Shown here: piece after piece, positions 9,560 to 22,049 of the stretch
Numbering within the stretch: position 1 is the first letter of the stretch
How the letters are laid out: the number at the start of each line of letters is the position of its first letter
From: Roseicyclus sp.
GTDB taxonomy: Bacteria > Pseudomonadota > Alphaproteobacteria > Rhodobacterales > Rhodobacteraceae
DNA: 64,000 nucleotides
Direction of reading: 5' to 3'
Assembly: GCF_965662675.1 (NCBI RefSeq)
Contig: NZ_CBFIIK010000003.1
Coordinates: forward strand, 13,401-77,400
Made by a program: the position numbers and the translations under genes
The notes under the pieces: generated by a model
What the model was told of the DNA's origin: nothing
Seen by the model: only the letters and a program-made list of their open reading frames with translations
Database searches by the model: none

Positions 9560-10168
9560 TCAAGCGTGACCACCGCGCGCCTGAGCGAGATGCGGCCAGA
9601 CCGGCTGATCGGGGATATGCAGCCGCAAGGTCGCGCCCAAGGTGATCACACCTTCGCGCTCGACCCAAGCCGTGACACCGCGCCGGTTTTGCGCCGCGCG
9701 CTTGAACCGCGCGCCCATGCCGGGATAGCGCCCCTCGATCGGCTTGGCAGGAAGCGTGCAGGGGCGGTTTTCCATGTCGATGGTCAAGGTCGTCCCGCTT
9801 GCCTCGTCCTGCAGCCGTGCGGATGGCGGCACATGGCTGAAATCGGGAATGCCGCGGATCACCATCGAAGCCCCCACCAGCGTCGGGTCGAGCGCGTCAA
9901 TCCCCATCTCGGCGGCGATGGCGTCAAGCTCCTCGGCCGACAGGATCGAGAGTTGGCGGGTATTCCTGATCGGCGTGCCGCGCTTGTATTGCGACAAGAC
10001 ACGGCTGTCGGAAGGGCGCACCAACCCCGCGCGGCTTTCCCCGGCATGGCCGGCGAAACTCAACGCCATTTCGCGCAAGGCTTGCGTTTCCAGCGCAGCG
10101 ACGCGGTCGGGGTTCATGCCCAGCCATGTGACGGTCGCGGTATATTGCGTGGGGATCAGGGCAGGCAT
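9560..10168 (-). CDS. MOSC domain-containing protein
   Basis: 202 aa with MOSC-like beta-barrel sequence (SRVLSQYKRGTPIRNTRQLSILS). Confidence 0.7.
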   Translation of the reverse strand: MPALIPTQYTATVTWLGMNPDRVAALETQALREMALSFAGHAGESRAGLVRPSDSRVLSQYKRGTPIRNTRQLSILSAEELDAIAAEMGIDALDPTLVGASMVIRGIPDFSHVPPSARLQDEASGTTLTIDMENRPCTLPAKPIEGRYPGMGARFKRAAQNRRGVTAWVEREGVITLGATLRLHIPDQPVWPHLAQARGGHA

Positions 10169-10242
10169 GGGGGCTTTCTCTCATTTGCGAGGTGATGTCA
10201 CCCAAAGATGCGGCGTCGTGCAACCCGGAACCTGTGCGCAGC

Positions 10243-10272
10243 ACAAAGAAAAGGCCCCCTGTCGGGGGCCTT
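10243..10272 (-). terminator. Rho-independent terminator of ftsH
   Basis: Minus-strand RNA reads AGGCCCCC-GACA-GGGGGCCU followed by UUUUCUUUG. Confidence 0.8.
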
Positions 10273-10295
10273 TCGATATCGCCGTGTCGCGTGGT

Positions 10296-12212
<1,917 letters not shown>

Positions 12213-12289
12213 GGGAATATCTCCTTACATGCCAGACGGGACAACCGCCCGTGCCTTACCCCTGAAAGATAGAGATGACGGGGCCGACT

Positions 12290-13567
12290 TCAATGCGATT
12301 CCAAGAACTGGGCGAAATGGCCGCTGCCGGGGCGGAAAATGATCGCCGTCTGTGGCCCGATACCCAAAAGCGGACAGGCCACCAAATGATCGTCACGAAA
12401 CAGCGCAGGCCAAGCATAGGCCGCGCGCGCAGGCCCTGAAAACGCTTTACTTTCTGTGCGTTGCGCCCATCCATCGGGGCCAAGCGCGCGCAGCGTAACC
12501 CCCGAAGGGGCGGCTTTGCCCACCACCCAGCGCCCATCCCAGCATGCACCCGCGCAGGCCGGAATTTGCCGATCGCGCAAGGCCGCACTCTCGCGAGAGA
12601 GGCGGATCGCCGCAGCGCGCGGCGTTGCGTCCACCCCATGCAGCGTCCCGCCGCCACCCGCCAAAAGCCGGTCAAGCAACCCTTCGAGCGCATGGGCGCG
12701 CGGCCTGTAGGGGCTTGAGGCCACCCATTGCAGCGCAGCCGCCAAAAGTCGCATCTGGCTGTCACGCTCCACCCCGGCCAACCCATCGCGGTCGATCAGC
12801 AGGTCGCCGGTGGAAAGCGCATTCACCCGCTCTTCGGTCACGATCCGCCCCGCGATATCGGCGACACGCGCCCGGCATGCCTGTGCCGCCCGGGCCATGC
12901 GGTCGGCGGTCTGGGCAAGCCCCTCCACCGACAGCCCCAGTGTCGCGATCGCGTGTCGCGCGCGCACCCGGTCGAAGCGCGGATCATCATTGGAGGGGTC
13001 ATCAACGAATGGCGTCTTCAACGTCACCGCATAATGGCGCAGATCTTCGCGGCGTTCGGTCAGAAGCGGGCGCAAAAGCCACCATTGGCCGCTTGCATCG
13101 CGCACGGCGCGCGCCGGGGACATCGCGGCCAACCCCTCGACACCCGAGCCGCGCAAAAGCCGCAGCAAGACGGTCTCGGCCTGATCGTCTTGCGTATGGG
13201 CGAACAGCACATGCGCCAGATCGCCCCGCCACGCGCCGATCAGATCGCGCCGCGCCTGTCGCGCGGCATCTTGCAGATTGCCATGCCCATCCCACTGCCA
13301 GTGAAGCGTGTCATGCGCATGGCCCAAGGCGGCGCATTCGGCCGCGACCATCGCGGCCTCATCAGCGGCGGCGGGCCGCAACCCATGATCGATCGTCACG
13401 ACACGCAACCCGATCCCCATGACCCGCGCCCAAGCATGGGCCAAGGCCAGCATCGCCATGCTGTCGCCCCCGCCCGAGACGGCAAGACCGATGGCAGGCG
13501 GGAAATCAGGGCCGAGCAACGCGCCCATGCGCGCGGCAAAGCGCGCCTCGAGCGTGTCGGATGTCAC
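12290..13567 (-). CDS. tilS: tRNA(Ile)-lysidine synthetase
   Basis: PP-loop LAVSGGGDSMAL. GTG start forms a GTGA overlap with the cpoB stop. Confidence 0.88.
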   Translation of the reverse strand: MTSDTLEARFAARMGALLGPDFPPAIGLAVSGGGDSMAMLALAHAWARVMGIGLRVVTIDHGLRPAAADEAAMVAAECAALGHAHDTLHWQWDGHGNLQDAARQARRDLIGAWRGDLAHVLFAHTQDDQAETVLLRLLRGSGVEGLAAMSPARAVRDASGQWWLLRPLLTERREDLRHYAVTLKTPFVDDPSNDDPRFDRVRARHAIATLGLSVEGLAQTADRMARAAQACRARVADIAGRIVTEERVNALSTGDLLIDRDGLAGVERDSQMRLLAAALQWVASSPYRPRAHALEGLLDRLLAGGGGTLHGVDATPRAAAIRLSRESAALRDRQIPACAGACWDGRWVVGKAAPSGVTLRALGPDGWAQRTESKAFSGPARAAYAWPALFRDDHLVACPLLGIGPQTAIIFRPGSGHFAQFLESH

Positions 13568-14394
13568 GTGCAGTTCAACCGGCTCCGCACGGCAAGCGCC
13601 TCGGATGCGGCGGGGCTTGTCGGAAAACGCGCGCCCACTTCGCTCAAGGTCAGGCAGGCCTCGTCGCGCTGGCCGATTTCACCCAAGGCAAGACCCAGAT
13701 TGAGCAGCGCATCACTGGCCCGCGCGCCCGACGGGTCGGCGGTGAAACTGTCCAGATAAGCGCGGGCCGCCCGGTTCCAGGCGCTTTGCTGCGCCTCGGA
13801 TTGGCCGCGCAGGAAATGCGCCTCGGCCGAAAGCGGACCGCCCGGATAGGTCTGGGTAAAGGCTTCGAAAAGCTGGGCGGCCTGCGCATAATCGGCCGCT
13901 TCATAGGCCGCGCGCGCGCGGTCGAAATCGCTTTGCTCGGCCACGGCAAGGTTGGCACCACTTGGCATCACCGGGGTCGCGGGAAGCGTGCCGGCACTTG
14001 CCCCTGCATCGCCCGCCCCACCCAAGGGAGGTGTCGCCGCCAGATCGCCGATCCGGCAATCGGGGGTCAGCTCGCACAGACGAAACTCCAGATCGCCGAT
14101 GCGGTTGGTGCCATCGGTGACGACCCGCTCGACCCTGATCTGCAACTGTTCGGTCTGGTCGGTCAGGCGGCGCAACTCGGCCTCGATGGCGTCAATGCGT
14201 GCCAGCACCGTGCCGCCGCCGCCTGCGCCCATCGCCCCGCCTGTCGTGTTCAACTCGCCCCGCAAACGCTGCATCTCGACAAACAGCACCGACAGCTCTT
14301 GCCGGATATCGGCGAGGGATTGGGTGCGGTCTTGTGCCAGCGCCATGGGCGGGCACAAGCCGATCAACAGCGCAAGGATCAGGGCGTGACGCAT
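13564..14394 (-). CDS. cpoB: Tol-Pal system protein CpoB/YbgF
   Basis: Signal peptide, coiled-coil and C-terminal TPR region, positioned after pal. Confidence 0.85.
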   Translation of the reverse strand: MRHALILALLIGLCPPMALAQDRTQSLADIRQELSVLFVEMQRLRGELNTTGGAMGAGGGGTVLARIDAIEAELRRLTDQTEQLQIRVERVVTDGTNRIGDLEFRLCELTPDCRIGDLAATPPLGGAGDAGASAGTLPATPVMPSGANLAVAEQSDFDRARAAYEAADYAQAAQLFEAFTQTYPGGPLSAEAHFLRGQSEAQQSAWNRAARAYLDSFTADPSGARASDALLNLGLALGEIGQRDEACLTLSEVGARFPTSPAASEALAVRSRLNCT

Positions 14395-14398
14395 CGGT

Positions 14399-14911
14399 TC
14401 AGACCCCAGCGCCCGTGCTGAGAACCGTCACGCCGCGGCGGTTCTGGCTGTAGCAGCTTTCATCGGAACAAATCTCGAGCGGGCGCTCCTTGCCAAAGCT
14501 GATCGTGTTGATCCGGTTGGCAGCCACCCCGCGCGAGACGAGGTAATCGCGCACCGCCGCCGCACGCCGCGCACCCAGCGCAAGGTTGTATTCGCGCGTG
14601 CCTTGCTCGTCGGCATGACCTTCGACAAGGGCCGTGAATTCGGGATTGGTCATCAGCCATTCGGCCTGCCCGTCCAGCACAGCCATGGCAGAAGCGTCGA
14701 TGGTGGATTGATCGACTGCGAAAAGTACCCGGTCGCCGACGATCTGGTTGAAATAGGCGATGCTGCCCGGATCGGAGACCGACCCGAAGGCACCTTGCGC
14801 CCCGTTGAGGTTAATGGCGTCATCACCGCCACGCAGCCCGCCCTGCGCACAGGCGGACAGGGCCATGGCGGCGGTCAGGATCAGCGCTGTCGCGCGAAAA
14901 GAAAAGGTCAT
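14399..14911 (-). CDS. pal: Peptidoglycan-associated lipoprotein Pal
   Basis: Lipobox LSAC and an OmpA-like C-terminal domain (GHADEQGTREYNLALGARRA). Confidence 0.93.
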   Translation of the reverse strand: MTFSFRATALILTAAMALSACAQGGLRGGDDAINLNGAQGAFGSVSDPGSIAYFNQIVGDRVLFAVDQSTIDASAMAVLDGQAEWLMTNPEFTALVEGHADEQGTREYNLALGARRAAAVRDYLVSRGVAANRINTISFGKERPLEICSDESCYSQNRRGVTVLSTGAGV

Positions 14912-14981
14912 GATGCTCGGTCCTTGTTGTTTTTCTCAATATAGCATGGGCGTATGGCCCGCGTCCATGCGGGGGTTATGC

Positions 14982-16322
14982 TCAGGGCAAGCGCGGCGAC
15001 CATGACGGGTCGGAGGCCATGCCCGGTGTCGCGACGCGCTGTAGGTTGCGCCCCGAGATATCGACGGAATAGACCGCTGGCGCACCATCGGCGCCTGCGG
15101 TTTCGCGGGTGAACATCAAGACGCGGCCATTGGGCGCCCATGTCGGCCCCTCATCAAGGAATGAGGCGGTCAACAGCCGCTCTTCCGAGCCGTTTGTGCG
15201 CATCACCCCGATATGGAAGCGTCCGCGCTCTTGCTTGGTAAAGGCGATGTAATCGCCGCGCGGCGACCAGACGGGGGTGCCGTAGCGCCCCGAGCCACGG
15301 CTGATGCGCTGCACCTCGCCGCCGCCTGCGGGCATGACATAGATCTGTTGGCCGCCGGTGCGGTCGCTCTCGAAAACCATCTGCCGCCCATCGGGCGAGA
15401 AGGAGGGCGCGGTTTCAATCGAGGGGGCATTGGTCAACTGGCTGCGCGCCCCACCGCCCACCGGCACGCGGTAGATATCGGTGTTGCCGCCTTGTTCCAT
15501 CGAAAAGACCACGCTGCCGCCATCGGCGGTAAAGCGCGGCGAAAAGGTCATGTTGCCTGCCGATACCGCCTCGAGCGGGCGGCGGCTGACACTTGCCACA
15601 TCCATCAGATAGACGCGCGGCTGGCCGCTTTCATAGCTGGTATAGATGATGCGATCGCCCGTCGGGCTGAAACGCGGCGCGAGAACAAGGCTACGGCTAT
15701 CGGTCAGAAATTGCACATTCGCCCCGTCGTAATCCATCAAGGCCAGCCGCTTGAGGCGGGCGTTCTTCGGCCCTTCCTCATGGACGAAAACGACGCGGGT
15801 GTCGAAATACCCCGTCTCGCCGGTGATCCGCTCATAGACCTGATCGGCGACATTATGCGCCATCCGCCGCCAGCCATCGCGGTTGCCCACGAATTGCAGC
15901 CCGTCACCCAAGGGCTGTTGGCTGAACACATCGAACAGGCGGAATCGCACGATCAGGCGGCCGCCCTGCTGCTCGACCTCGCCCACGATCAGGGCTTGGG
16001 CGTTGATCGCCTGCCAATCGGGGTAGAGGATCGGCGCGTCGAAATTGGTGACGCTCGAGATATGCGCGCTGTCGGGGATTTGACGAAACAGCCCCGTGCC
16101 ACGCAGATCGGCGGCGATGACGCGGGTGATGTCGGCGGCGGCATCGGCGGCCGCCCCGTTGCGCGCGATAAAGGCGGGGATGGCGAAGGGCATGGGTTCG
16201 ATCACCCCTTCGGTGATCTCGAGGCGCAAGGGCCGGCTTTGCGCGCGCACCAGCGCGGGCATACTTGCCGCCGCCGCGAAAACCGAGGCGGAACGGATCA
16301 GGGAACGACGGGTCAACAACAT
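14982..16322 (-). CDS. tolB: Tol-Pal system beta-propeller protein TolB
   Basis: TolB N-terminal domain plus repeated propeller blades. ATG at 16322 has AGAGG upstream; the track ORF begins at an upstream GTG. Confidence 0.93.
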   Translation of the reverse strand: MLLTRRSLIRSASVFAAAASMPALVRAQSRPLRLEITEGVIEPMPFAIPAFIARNGAAADAAADITRVIAADLRGTGLFRQIPDSAHISSVTNFDAPILYPDWQAINAQALIVGEVEQQGGRLIVRFRLFDVFSQQPLGDGLQFVGNRDGWRRMAHNVADQVYERITGETGYFDTRVVFVHEEGPKNARLKRLALMDYDGANVQFLTDSRSLVLAPRFSPTGDRIIYTSYESGQPRVYLMDVASVSRRPLEAVSAGNMTFSPRFTADGGSVVFSMEQGGNTDIYRVPVGGGARSQLTNAPSIETAPSFSPDGRQMVFESDRTGGQQIYVMPAGGGEVQRISRGSGRYGTPVWSPRGDYIAFTKQERGRFHIGVMRTNGSEERLLTASFLDEGPTWAPNGRVLMFTRETAGADGAPAVYSVDISGRNLQRVATPGMASDPSWSPRLP

Positions 16323-16386
16323 GGATACACCTCTGGCCACGCGGAAAGCTTCCGCCAGCTTATGCTAATCGGGGCGCGCGACAAAA

Positions 16387-17451
16387 TCATCTCAGACGCA
16401 TCCCTTCGGGGTTGAAGACAAGCTCGACCTGCCGCCAATCATCATAGCTTTCGGCGGGCAGGCTATATCCGCTGGTCCCACAGCGCAGGATCGCGCGGCG
16501 GGCGGCCTCATAGGCTTGGCGGGCTGCGGCCTCTGATCCACCATCGAAGGAGATCAGGCGCAGCGAGCCATCGACGGGCCGGGCATCGGGGGTCATGTCG
16601 AACCCGACCACGACCGTCGTGCGCTGGGCCTCGTTGCTAAGCGAGCCGACATTCCAACAGGTCGACACAGCCACGCGGAACCCCTCGCGCGCGCCAGCGC
16701 TGAGCGGCGGGCCGGCGGGGGCTGCCGGGGCTTGCACCGCTTGGGCCACCGCCGAGGCGATGGCCGCGGCCAGCGGATCGACAGCGGGTTCGGGTGGCGG
16801 TTCTGGCGCGGGCTGCGGTTCAGGCGCAGCTGCGGCGACTGGTGTTTCGGCCGGGCGTGGGCGCTCGGGTCGCGTCGGCGGCCGGATCGAGGCGACGGGG
16901 CCAAGCGGCCCGCCCGAGGGCGTTTCCGCCTCGGTCACGATCTCGGTCGTGGCCTCTTCGGGGGCGGTTTCGGGCTGTGCCTCGACCGGGCTTGGCGATG
17001 GGGCTGGGGCGGTGGATTGGGTCACGGCCTCGGGGGCGGTCTCGACCTCGGGTTCGGGGGCGGGTGTGGGCAGGGGCGCGATCCGATCGGCGGCGCGCGG
17101 CGTCGGGCGGCCATCCTCGGGCAGATCGGGAGAGCCCGACAACGGCGCGGGTGGCGCCAGCGTATCGGTCACCTCACCCGGCGGGGTGGGTTCAGGCTGG
17201 GGTTCGGGTTCAGGCGCAGGTTCCGGCTCCGGCTCAGGCGTCGGTTCGGGGCGCGGCGGAGGCGGTGCAATTTCCAGCGCAACAGGCGTGGCCGCCGCCG
17301 TCAAGGCATCGAATTCGGCGGTCGACAAGATCGTGACGCCCGTGACCTCGAACACCGGATCAGGGCTTTCCTTGAACAAACCATCCCCGACCGCGACCCA
17401 AATCAAGAGCGCGGCATGTATCGCAGTCGAGGCGTAAAGGGACCGGCGCAT
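16387..17451 (-). CDS. tolA: TolA-like cell-envelope integrity protein (Pro/Glu/Ala-rich linker)
   Basis: N-terminal TM anchor, a long PEPEP/APAP low-complexity region and a C-terminal TolA/TonB-like domain, located between tolR and tolB. Confidence 0.8.
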   Translation of the reverse strand: MRRSLYASTAIHAALLIWVAVGDGLFKESPDPVFEVTGVTILSTAEFDALTAAATPVALEIAPPPPRPEPTPEPEPEPAPEPEPQPEPTPPGEVTDTLAPPAPLSGSPDLPEDGRPTPRAADRIAPLPTPAPEPEVETAPEAVTQSTAPAPSPSPVEAQPETAPEEATTEIVTEAETPSGGPLGPVASIRPPTRPERPRPAETPVAAAAPEPQPAPEPPPEPAVDPLAAAIASAVAQAVQAPAAPAGPPLSAGAREGFRVAVSTCWNVGSLSNEAQRTTVVVGFDMTPDARPVDGSLRLISFDGGSEAAARQAYEAARRAILRCGTSGYSLPAESYDDWRQVELVFNPEGMRLR

Positions 17452-17462
17452 CCGTTCCCCCC

Positions 17463-17936
17463 TTACTCTCCGCCACCGTCAAGCCGGGGGCCGCCGGAAT
17501 CGGTCACCAGACCGATCTCGCGAAAACCACCTGCATTCAGTGCCCCCATGATGCGCATCACATCCTCATAGGGTATCGCGCCATCGGCACGCAGGAATAT
17601 GCGCGACGATGCACGCTCGGCGGCAATCGCCTGTAGACGGTTGATCATCTCCTCAGGTGCGACCGCGGTAGTCTGGATCATCACCGTTCCATCAGGGGCC
17701 AGCGTCACCGTGAGCGGCTCTTCCTCCTCCGACGGCAGCGCTTCGGCGGCGGTATCGGGCAGGTCGATGGGCACGCCCACCGTCATCAAGGGCGCGGCGA
17801 CCATGAAGATGATCAACAGGCACAAGATCACATCGACGAACGGCGTGACGTTGATCTCGGACATGGGCTTGAGATTGGCACGGCGGCCCCGTCCCCGGCG
17901 GCGTGAGCCGCTATTGGTTGCAACCGAGACACCCAT
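17463..17936 (-). CDS. tolR: Biopolymer transport protein TolR (ExbD family)
   Basis: MSEINVTPFVDVILCLLIIFMV motif. Its ATG overlaps the tolQ stop (TGATG). Confidence 0.9.
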   Translation of the reverse strand: MGVSVATNSGSRRRGRGRRANLKPMSEINVTPFVDVILCLLIIFMVAAPLMTVGVPIDLPDTAAEALPSEEEEPLTVTLAPDGTVMIQTTAVAPEEMINRLQAIAAERASSRIFLRADGAIPYEDVMRIMGALNAGGFREIGLVTDSGGPRLDGGGE

Positions 17937-18628
17937 CAGTCGAGCTGCCGCGACAGCAGGGTCGAAAACTCATCGGCGAAACCTTCCAGCCCGCTGACAA
18001 GACGATCGGCATCGGCACTGAGCATGTTATACAAGATCACCGCGGGGATGGCTGCCAACAGGCCCAAGCCCGTGGCCAGCAACGCCTCGGCGATACCGGG
18101 GGCGACGATGGCAAGCGACGTATTCCCGGAAATCGCGATTTCCTGAAACGAGCGCATGATCCCCCAAACAGTACCGAACAGGCCGACGAAAGGCGCCGCC
18201 GATCCGGTGGTCGCCAGAAATCCGAGACCTTGGGTCCAGCGTTCGCTTTCGCGCGCGATCGCCACATCCATCGAGCGGTCGACGCGCTGCTGCACCCCGG
18301 GGATCAAGGCGCCATCATCGCGCAAGGACCGCCGCCATTCGGTCATGCCCGCGACAAAAACGCGTTCATAGGCGCTGGCGGGTGCATCGGCGACGCGGTC
18401 ATAAAGCTCGTCCAGCGGCTCACCCGACCAAAATGCCGCGTCGAAAGCACTCGCATTGGCGCGTGCGCTGCGAAACATCTTGAACTTGGTAAAGGTGACC
18501 GCCCAAACCCAGACCGAGGCCACGATCAAGGCGATCATGACAAGCTGGACAGTTATGCTTGCACGGAAAAACAGCGCAATAACGGTGTAATCCGCCTGCT
18601 GCGCGACAGCGAGTGTTTCGGTTTCCAT
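17936..18628 (-). CDS. tolQ: Tol-Pal proton-channel protein TolQ (MotA/ExbB family)
   Basis: 230 aa from the ATG at 18628 (METETLAV), with a MotA/TolQ/ExbB C-terminal pattern. Confidence 0.9.
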   Translation of the reverse strand: METETLAVAQQADYTVIALFFRASITVQLVMIALIVASVWVWAVTFTKFKMFRSARANASAFDAAFWSGEPLDELYDRVADAPASAYERVFVAGMTEWRRSLRDDGALIPGVQQRVDRSMDVAIARESERWTQGLGFLATTGSAAPFVGLFGTVWGIMRSFQEIAISGNTSLAIVAPGIAEALLATGLGLLAAIPAVILYNMLSADADRLVSGLEGFADEFSTLLSRQLD

Positions 18629-18740
18629 AGTGTCTAAAGGTTTCCTCTGCCCCGGCCTCAATACGATATGGGCACGTTTTCCATGCCTCATTAAGGGTGG
18701 AGCATATCAGCTTATAAGGGGGATTGCGAACACTTCTCTG

Positions 18741-19151
18741 TCAGCGGCTGACATCTGCCGTGAACGTATCGAGCTTTGCGCGAAGTTCCGCCGGAAGCCG
18801 CGTGGCCCGCCCTTCGGCGTTCAAGACCACAATGATCACATCGGCGCGGAACAAAAGCGTCTCGCCGCGCCACACCTCTTGCGGCATGGCGAAACTTGCG
18901 CCTCTCACATCGGTGAGCCGGGTGCGCACCTGGATCTGATCATCGTATCGCGCAGGCGACAGGTAGTCGGCCTCGACGCGCCGCACGGCGAAGACCAGCC
19001 CGGCTTGTTTCATCGCCACCTGGTCAATGCCTGCCGCGCGCACCAGTTCCGAGCGCGCGCGCTCGATGAAGCGCAGGTAATTGGCGTAATAGACGATCCC
19101 CGCCAGATCGGTGTCTTCGTAATAGACGCGGATGGGCCAGATATGGGTCAT
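18741..19151 (-). CDS. ybgC: Tol-Pal-associated acyl-CoA thioesterase YbgC (4HBT fold)
   Basis: 136 aa, IRVYYEDTDLAGIVYYANYLRF hot-dog motif. Confidence 0.88.
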   Translation of the reverse strand: MTHIWPIRVYYEDTDLAGIVYYANYLRFIERARSELVRAAGIDQVAMKQAGLVFAVRRVEADYLSPARYDDQIQVRTRLTDVRGASFAMPQEVWRGETLLFRADVIIVVLNAEGRATRLPAELRAKLDTFTADVSR

Positions 19152-19801
19152 TGCATCCGCCCCAGACGCGCGGCCACGCGCAACGCCAGCGCCGGATCGT
19201 CCGACGCCACGGGCAGCGCTGGATCATAAGCCGCCCGGATCAGATCGGCGATCTGCGGCTTGAGGATCGCAGGGCCGCCATCGCGTAGCACGGCAAGCGG
19301 CGATTGGCCAAGAAACGCCGTGTCCGACCACAAAAGGATCGTCTGCACGATCTGGCTGAGCGCGATGGTCTCGGCTGGTGCCTGCGCCATCGCGGCATCC
19401 ATGCGGATGAACACAAAAGCCGCCTTGATCCCGCCGCCCGCGTCAAAGCGAAAGGCGCGGTATTGATTAGCATCGGCCGCCTGCAGCCGCACCACCAGCG
19501 CGCCCAGATCGGGGATCAGCCGGTCAAGATTGGGGGTTGCCGTCAACTCGGCCCAGTCGCGGATGAAAAACACCATCAGGTTCGCGCCCAGTTCCGGGTC
19601 GGTTTCAGCCATGCGGTGACCGGCCAGCGCCACCACCGCCTCGATCGCGCCTTTCAGGATGGACACCGTGCCATCCTCGACCCCGAACACCACCGGCACG
19701 ATGGGCCGCCCCCAACGGGCAAACAGGAATTGACCATCCGCGCGGGTGAACAGCGCGGTGATGTCATCGGGGGACAGGGGGGAAAGGGTGGTATCGGTCA
19801 T
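19148..19801 (-). CDS. Hypothetical protein embedded between ruvB and ybgC
   Basis: 217 aa with normal codon and amino-acid composition. ATGA overlap with ybgC, 8 nt after the ruvB stop. I recognise no family. Confidence 0.6.
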   Translation of the reverse strand: MTDTTLSPLSPDDITALFTRADGQFLFARWGRPIVPVVFGVEDGTVSILKGAIEAVVALAGHRMAETDPELGANLMVFFIRDWAELTATPNLDRLIPDLGALVVRLQAADANQYRAFRFDAGGGIKAAFVFIRMDAAMAQAPAETIALSQIVQTILLWSDTAFLGQSPLAVLRDGGPAILKPQIADLIRAAYDPALPVASDDPALALRVAARLGRMQ

Positions 19802-19809
19802 CGGCGCGC

Positions 19810-20841
19810 TCAGAACAGATCGCCCTGCCCCGGCATGGGCGGGGCGGCCAGCCCAAGATGTGTCCAGCCCTTATGTGCCAGCATCCGCCCGCGCGGTGTG
19901 CGCGCGATCAGGCCTTGTTGTAGCAGATAGGGCTCGATCACCTCTTCCAGCGTATCGCGGCTTTCCGACAGCGCGGCGGATAGGGTTTCCACACCCACCG
20001 GCCCACCCGCATAGTTTTCCGCGATCAAGCTCAAATACCGCCTATCCGCCCCATCAAGGCCCAGATGATCGACGCCCAGCCGGGTCAGCGCGCTATCGGC
20101 GATGGCTTGGGTCAAACGCCCATTCCCCTCGACCAGCGCGAAGTCGATTACGCGGCGCAACAGCCGCCCTGCAATGCGCGGCGTTCCACGCGCGCGCCCG
20201 GCGATCTCGGCCACGCCCGCGGGGTCGGCATCGATCCCCGAGAGCCGTGCACCGCGCGCCACGATCCGGGTCAATTCCTCGGTCGTGTAGAAATTGAGCC
20301 GCGTGGGAATGCCGAAGCGGTCACGCAATGGCGTGGTCAAGAGCCCCATCCGCGTCGTGGCACCCACCAGCGTGAAGGGCTGCAATTCGATCCGCACCGT
20401 GCGCGCGGCGGGGCCTTCGCCGATCACCAGATCAAGCTCGAAATCCTCAAGCGCGGGATACAGCACCTCTTCTACCGCGGGGTTGAGGCGGTGGATCTCG
20501 TCGATGAACAGCACATCGCGCGCCTCGAGATTGGTCAAGATCGCCGCCAGATCGCCCGCGCGCGCCAGCACCGGGCCGCTTGTCATACGGAAATTGACCC
20601 CCAATTCGCGCGCCATGATCTGCGCCAGCGTCGTCTTGCCAAGGCCGGGGGGGCCGTGGAACAGCACATGGTCCATCGCCTCGGCCCGACGCCGCGCGCT
20701 TTCGATGAAGACCGACAGGTTCGCCCGCGCCTCGGCCTGACCGATGAAATCATCAAGGCTTTGCGGCCTGAGCGCGCGGTCTGCATCTTCGGGCAAGGGC
20801 GCGGGGCGAAGGGTTGGATCGGGGTCTGTCATGTCTTGCAT
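19810..20841 (-). CDS. ruvB: Holliday junction branch migration ATPase RuvB
   Basis: [16 protein letters not shown] and FIDEIHRL motifs. Confidence 0.97.
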   Translation of the reverse strand: MQDMTDPDPTLRPAPLPEDADRALRPQSLDDFIGQAEARANLSVFIESARRRAEAMDHVLFHGPPGLGKTTLAQIMARELGVNFRMTSGPVLARAGDLAAILTNLEARDVLFIDEIHRLNPAVEEVLYPALEDFELDLVIGEGPAARTVRIELQPFTLVGATTRMGLLTTPLRDRFGIPTRLNFYTTEELTRIVARGARLSGIDADPAGVAEIAGRARGTPRIAGRLLRRVIDFALVEGNGRLTQAIADSALTRLGVDHLGLDGADRRYLSLIAENYAGGPVGVETLSAALSESRDTLEEVIEPYLLQQGLIARTPRGRMLAHKGWTHLGLAAPPMPGQGDLF

Positions 20842-20874
20842 CTATGGCTGAGGCGCAAAGCGCACGCCACCCCC

Positions 20875-21549
20875 TTACTCTTTTGGTGCCAAAAGGCGCA
20901 GCGCCGCGCGGATGAGCGCTGACGCCTCGGCCCCCGGCGCATTGCCCGCCGCCTCGGCCACGGCGCGCGCGGCCTCAGACGGTGCATAGCCCAGATTGGT
21001 CAGGGCGGAGAGCGCATCAGCTTGTGCCGCGCCCGCGTTTGGCGCGGCAGGTTTGGCCTTGGGCATGGGCGCTGGCGCGTCCTCGACGATCAAAGGGTCG
21101 GACGCGGTGCCCGCCGCCTGCCCCATCGTGCCACCCAAGGCCATGATGCCCGGTGCCTTTTCCTTGAGTTCATTGACCACGCGCTGCGCAAGCTTCGGGC
21201 CGATCCCCGGCGCGGCCTTGACCGCACCCCAATCACCAATGGCAATCGCGCGCGCCACGCCTTCGGGGCCAAGCGTGCCCAAGATCGCCATCGACGCCTT
21301 GGAGCCAACCCCCTGCACCGTGATGAGTAGCCGGTGCCATTCGCGCTCATAGGGCGTGAGAAAACCGAAAAGCTGCAGCAAATCCTCGCGCACCAGAAGC
21401 TCGGTATAAAGTGCCACCGCCTGCCCCGCGCCCGGAAGGGCCGCCAAGGTGCGGTCCGAACAATGCACCGTGTAGCCCACGCCGCCCACATCGAGCAGGA
21501 CATGATCGGCGGCCTTGTAATCCACCCGCCCCGTCAGCTTGCCGATCAT
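20875..21549 (-). CDS. ruvA: Holliday junction DNA helicase subunit RuvA
   Basis: Starts at [11 protein letters not shown] (ATG at 21549). The upstream track extension is Arg/Gly-rich and was rejected. Overlaps the ruvC stop by 4 nt. Confidence 0.93.
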   Translation of the reverse strand: MIGKLTGRVDYKAADHVLLDVGGVGYTVHCSDRTLAALPGAGQAVALYTELLVREDLLQLFGFLTPYEREWHRLLITVQGVGSKASMAILGTLGPEGVARAIAIGDWGAVKAAPGIGPKLAQRVVNELKEKAPGIMALGGTMGQAAGTASDPLIVEDAPAPMPKAKPAAPNAGAAQADALSALTNLGYAPSEAARAVAEAAGNAPGAEASALIRAALRLLAPKE

Positions 21550-22049
21550 GATGCCGCCCCGATGGCTTGGGCCAGACGCCCTGCCGATTGCGCGTGAAAG
21601 GCGTGGCAGATCGCGATCGCCAGTGCATCGGCGGCATCTGGCCCCGCCGGATCGCAACCCGGCAATTGCAGCCGCACCATGTGTTCGACCTGTTGCTTCT
21701 CGGCATGCCCCACGCCGACGACCGCCTTTTTCACCGCATTGGGGGCATATTCCGCCACGCTCAACCCCGCTTGCGCTGGCACCAGCATCGCAATGCCGCG
21801 CGCCTGCCCCAGCTTGAGGGTGCCTGCCCCATCCTTGTTGACAAAGGTCTGCTCGACGGCGGCCGCCTGTGGCGCATGGCGCGCGACAACCAGGCTCAAT
21901 TGCTCATAAAGCACCAAAAGCCGCGCCGCCAAATCACCCGTACCAGACAAGATATGCCCGTTGGCCACATGCCTGAGCCGCGCACCATCAACCTCGATCA
22001 CACCCCATCCAAGACATCTCAGCCCCGGGTCGATCCCGATTATCCGCAT
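21546..22049 (-). CDS. ruvC: Crossover junction endodeoxyribonuclease RuvC
   Basis: Starts at [19 protein letters not shown] (ATG at 22049), 167 aa, typical RuvC length. Confidence 0.93.
   Translation of the reverse strand: MRIIGIDPGLRCLGWGVIEVDGARLRHVANGHILSGTGDLAARLLVLYEQLSLVVARHAPQAAAVEQTFVNKDGAGTLKLGQARGIAMLVPAQAGLSVAEYAPNAVKKAVVGVGHAEKQQVEHMVRLQLPGCDPAGPDAADALAIAICHAFHAQSAGRLAQAIGAAS

Noticed and set aside
16900-17270. Tandem-looking GC-rich periodic DNA (ggttcgggttcaggc...), considered as a possible VNTR or CRISPR-like repeat.
   Set aside because: It encodes the PEPEP/APAP proline-rich linker of TolA. The periodicity is codon-level low complexity, not an array with spacers.
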